In this document: positions 61,371 to 64,000 of the stretch, one piece after another
How positions within the stretch are numbered: position 1 is the first letter of the stretch
Layout of the letters: every line of letters starts with the position of its first letter
DNA from: Tachypleus tridentatus
Taxonomy: Eukaryota
NCBI RefSeq assembly: GCF_004210375.1
Contig: NC_134831.1
Location: 98,825,522 to 98,889,521 of the forward strand
Reading direction: 5' to 3'
Length of the DNA: 64,000 nt
Notes under the pieces: generated by a model
Databases searched by the model: none
What the model saw: only the letters and a program-made list of their open reading frames with translations
What the model was told of the DNA's origin: nothing
Program-made: the position numbers and the translations under genes

Positions 61371-64000
61371 AATGAGTTAAATTCTTCCAGATTTTCAACC
61401 AAAATTTACAAAAACAACTCTTTATCAGTATTATAGAAAGAAGCCGCTTTTTTGTAGATTGTCCATTAACTGAAGAATCACTCATTTCATCAGAAATGTT
61501 TAGGAAAATCAATATGGTAGGAGGTCATACGATTCAACACGTGTTTGTATCACATTTGTAGAGGGATGCTAGTCGTTCCTTTTCTTCCTATGAATGGGTA
61601 ATAAACACTAAATAAACAAAACAACAATAAACTAATTGATTTCGATTAAAGCAGAGCCATTTCAGTATTTACTACTACAGTAATGACCGTGATTCATCCA
61701 GTTCGGATATTATTTTAGAGACAGAGGTCAGTAGAGTTTTTAGTGTGCTATAGACTTCAAACAAATATAATACACAAGTGATTCAATGTCAACGTTTGTT
61801 TACTTTAGGATAACCTGGAGCAATATTTTTTCTTGTGGAATTTTCGTGTTTGCCAGTAAAATTGAGGATAATATTCTTAAAATAAACTCAAACAAGCAAA
61901 CTTAATGTAATGAGGGTATACTTGTGTGGTTCCTTTGAGTGTAGTTAGGTAACAGAGCAGTTCAGTGAGAGCAAAAGGGTATACCCATAGGTATTCATAG
62001 TTGTAGTTGTATAGCAGAACGAGCCAATTAATTCAGAAAGGATGTATTCAAAGATACCCTTGGCTATAACACAGAAGACTGTTGTAGAAATAGTGTACCT
62101 AGATACCTTTTGTTATTGTAAAACAAAACGGGACAACTAACACACACTCTTGACTGTAGTTAAAATAAGCCAGTTGGTACATAAACAGACTAGGATATGA
62201 CACTGTCATTATATAACAGAGTAGATATAACTGAGAATTTCTGGTTTTAGTAAATGTTTGTTTTTCTCTTTTTTTGGGCGAAAGAGAGCAATGTACTGCT
62301 TGCTTGAATTTCACTTGTTTATTGAGGATCTCTTGATAAACAATCACTGATGATTTTTAACTTCTTTTTCGGATAGTTTTAAAAGCTGGATTTCTAGTGC
62401 CTCGTGTAATTTTAATGTATTTAGTTTGTGATATTAGATAATCAAAGTTTTGAATGAATAATATTGACGAATAGAACGTATAATATTTATTAAGTGGCAT
62501 ATTAGACTTTAAGAACCGCGATATTTTGTCTAAAGACGGTTTTATCTAATCTTTATGAAGTGATGACTGCTTTTACCAAAGTCGCTGTGGACGACGAGTT
62601 TACCTAATTTTGTATGTGCAATGATGACCGGTTGTAGTTTTAGTACAATGTAAACTAAATTGTTTTACAAACTCCTTTTATAATGGTGACTGGTTTTAAA
62701 TGGTCTTTGTGTAGTGATGACTGGTTTACCTCAATTTTTCTGAAATAACTGGTTCTCCTAAATCTTTTTGGTAATTACAACTAGTTTAATAAAATTTGTG
62801 TGGTGATAACTGGTTTATCTGACTCTTTTTGTAGTAATGACTAGCTTTAGAAACTGTGTGGTGATAACTGGTTTATCTTACCCTTTTTGTAGTGATGACT
62901 GGTTTTATCAAATTATTTTTGTTTTTCTGAATGCATGACATGCGAAATCTTGAATGAATATATTTTAGTTTAACTATCCATGCTGAGCTTATGTCCATAT
63001 CGACTACCCATGGGCTGGTTTGAATAATTAAATAAATCTGATTACTTAGATCTATTGCTCTAAACAAAGGGTAGTTCTAATAGTCTGTATAGCTACTGAG
63101 ACTTCAGAAAGCCAGCTTGTTTTTACATGTAACATGGACGATTCCCGATGCTGTGTATTTGTATGCACAAATGTAAATTTGTTTTAAGAAAGGATTTCGT
63201 AAGATCGGTGACCTCAGTAACTGTACGGCTTAATATTTGTCAAATATTTAAACTGCCATCACACAAAGTCCGTTTCTTTGTTTACTTGTTATTGTTGATT
63301 TGTGTCGTTTATTTCCCGATACTTTATAATAATTACATAAAAGCATTATTATTTTAAGAAATATTCAGTTCAATCGAAAATCCCAAAGTTTAGAAACAAA
63401 GACGATTCCTTTGAACTATTTTTACAAGAAATACTTAATACTCACTGTACACGTGGCACGAGTTTGGTGGAAAAGCTCAGTATTGATTTTACACACGCAT
63501 TTACTAACAAATAGTCATAGTTTTGTCAGTGAATGAATATAGAAAATCTATCATTGTTACTAGTTGTTACAGACATTGTTAGACTACTCGTTTCGTTTTG
63601 AAGACAACTTGTTAAAATCTTCGTATCATAATAACTTTGATTTGAAAATCTCAATTGTTATTTGCGTACATTTAAATATTCTGAAATGAAGCTTTAGATA
63701 TTTCAATATGGTACTTTTTCTGCGATAAAGATAATCCGAGTTCCTTTTTCTTTATCGCTAAAGAACTTTGTTTTCGTTCGGACTTTTCGGCAATTATAAA
63801 TATGCCGACCATAATGTGGTTGAAATGCTATTATTATATACTCTACTAATTCTTCAGAATCCCTAATGAACGGGAAAATAATGTAGTGTTACAAGATTTA
63901 ATACTAATAATGTTTAACTCATTACAGTCATGCTACGCCATTTTGGAAATGTTCGCACCATAACGAATGATTTAAGTTGCATTTGTTTCAACTGTTAAAA

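Overview
This window is eukaryotic, most likely invertebrate metazoan nuclear DNA, not prokaryotic: gene density is low, the coding sequence carries GT-AG introns, and the sequence is saturated with tRNA-derived SINEs, Tc1/mariner remnants, a TA-flanked MITE, microsatellites and several kilobase-scale satellite arrays. The only protein-coding gene I can support is a plus-strand GAS2-like (GAS2/GAS2L, Drosophila pickled-eggs type) cytoskeletal linker gene. Its calponin-homology domain exon lies at 4059-4732. Its GAR (GAS2-related) domain is split over exons at 53516-53623 and 56878-56971. A short linker exon lies at 58501-58582. The large Ser-rich terminal exon at 59875-61264 ends in a TKIP (SxIP-like, EB1-binding type) motif. 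All splice phases are mutually consistent. The proposed intron between 4732 and 53516 is about 48.8 kb and holds nearly all the repeats: about 15 copies of a ~270-bp SINE (family A, with A/B-box and GGTTCGAATCC T-loop signature), a second short tRNA-Ala-like SINE family (B), an IR/DR-type Tc1-like element with ~200-bp terminal inverted repeats and a disrupted transposase, two copies of a ~360-bp MITE, and three large satellites (72-bp, 56-bp and ~78-bp units). The calponin-homology exon carries an apparent 1-nt frameshift in a GGG run inside a highly conserved motif. Many long ORFs in the six-frame track are artefacts of in-frame tandem repeats. There is no CRISPR array, operon or prokaryotic defence system here; the interest lies in the repeat-rich intron, the TE biology and the gene model.
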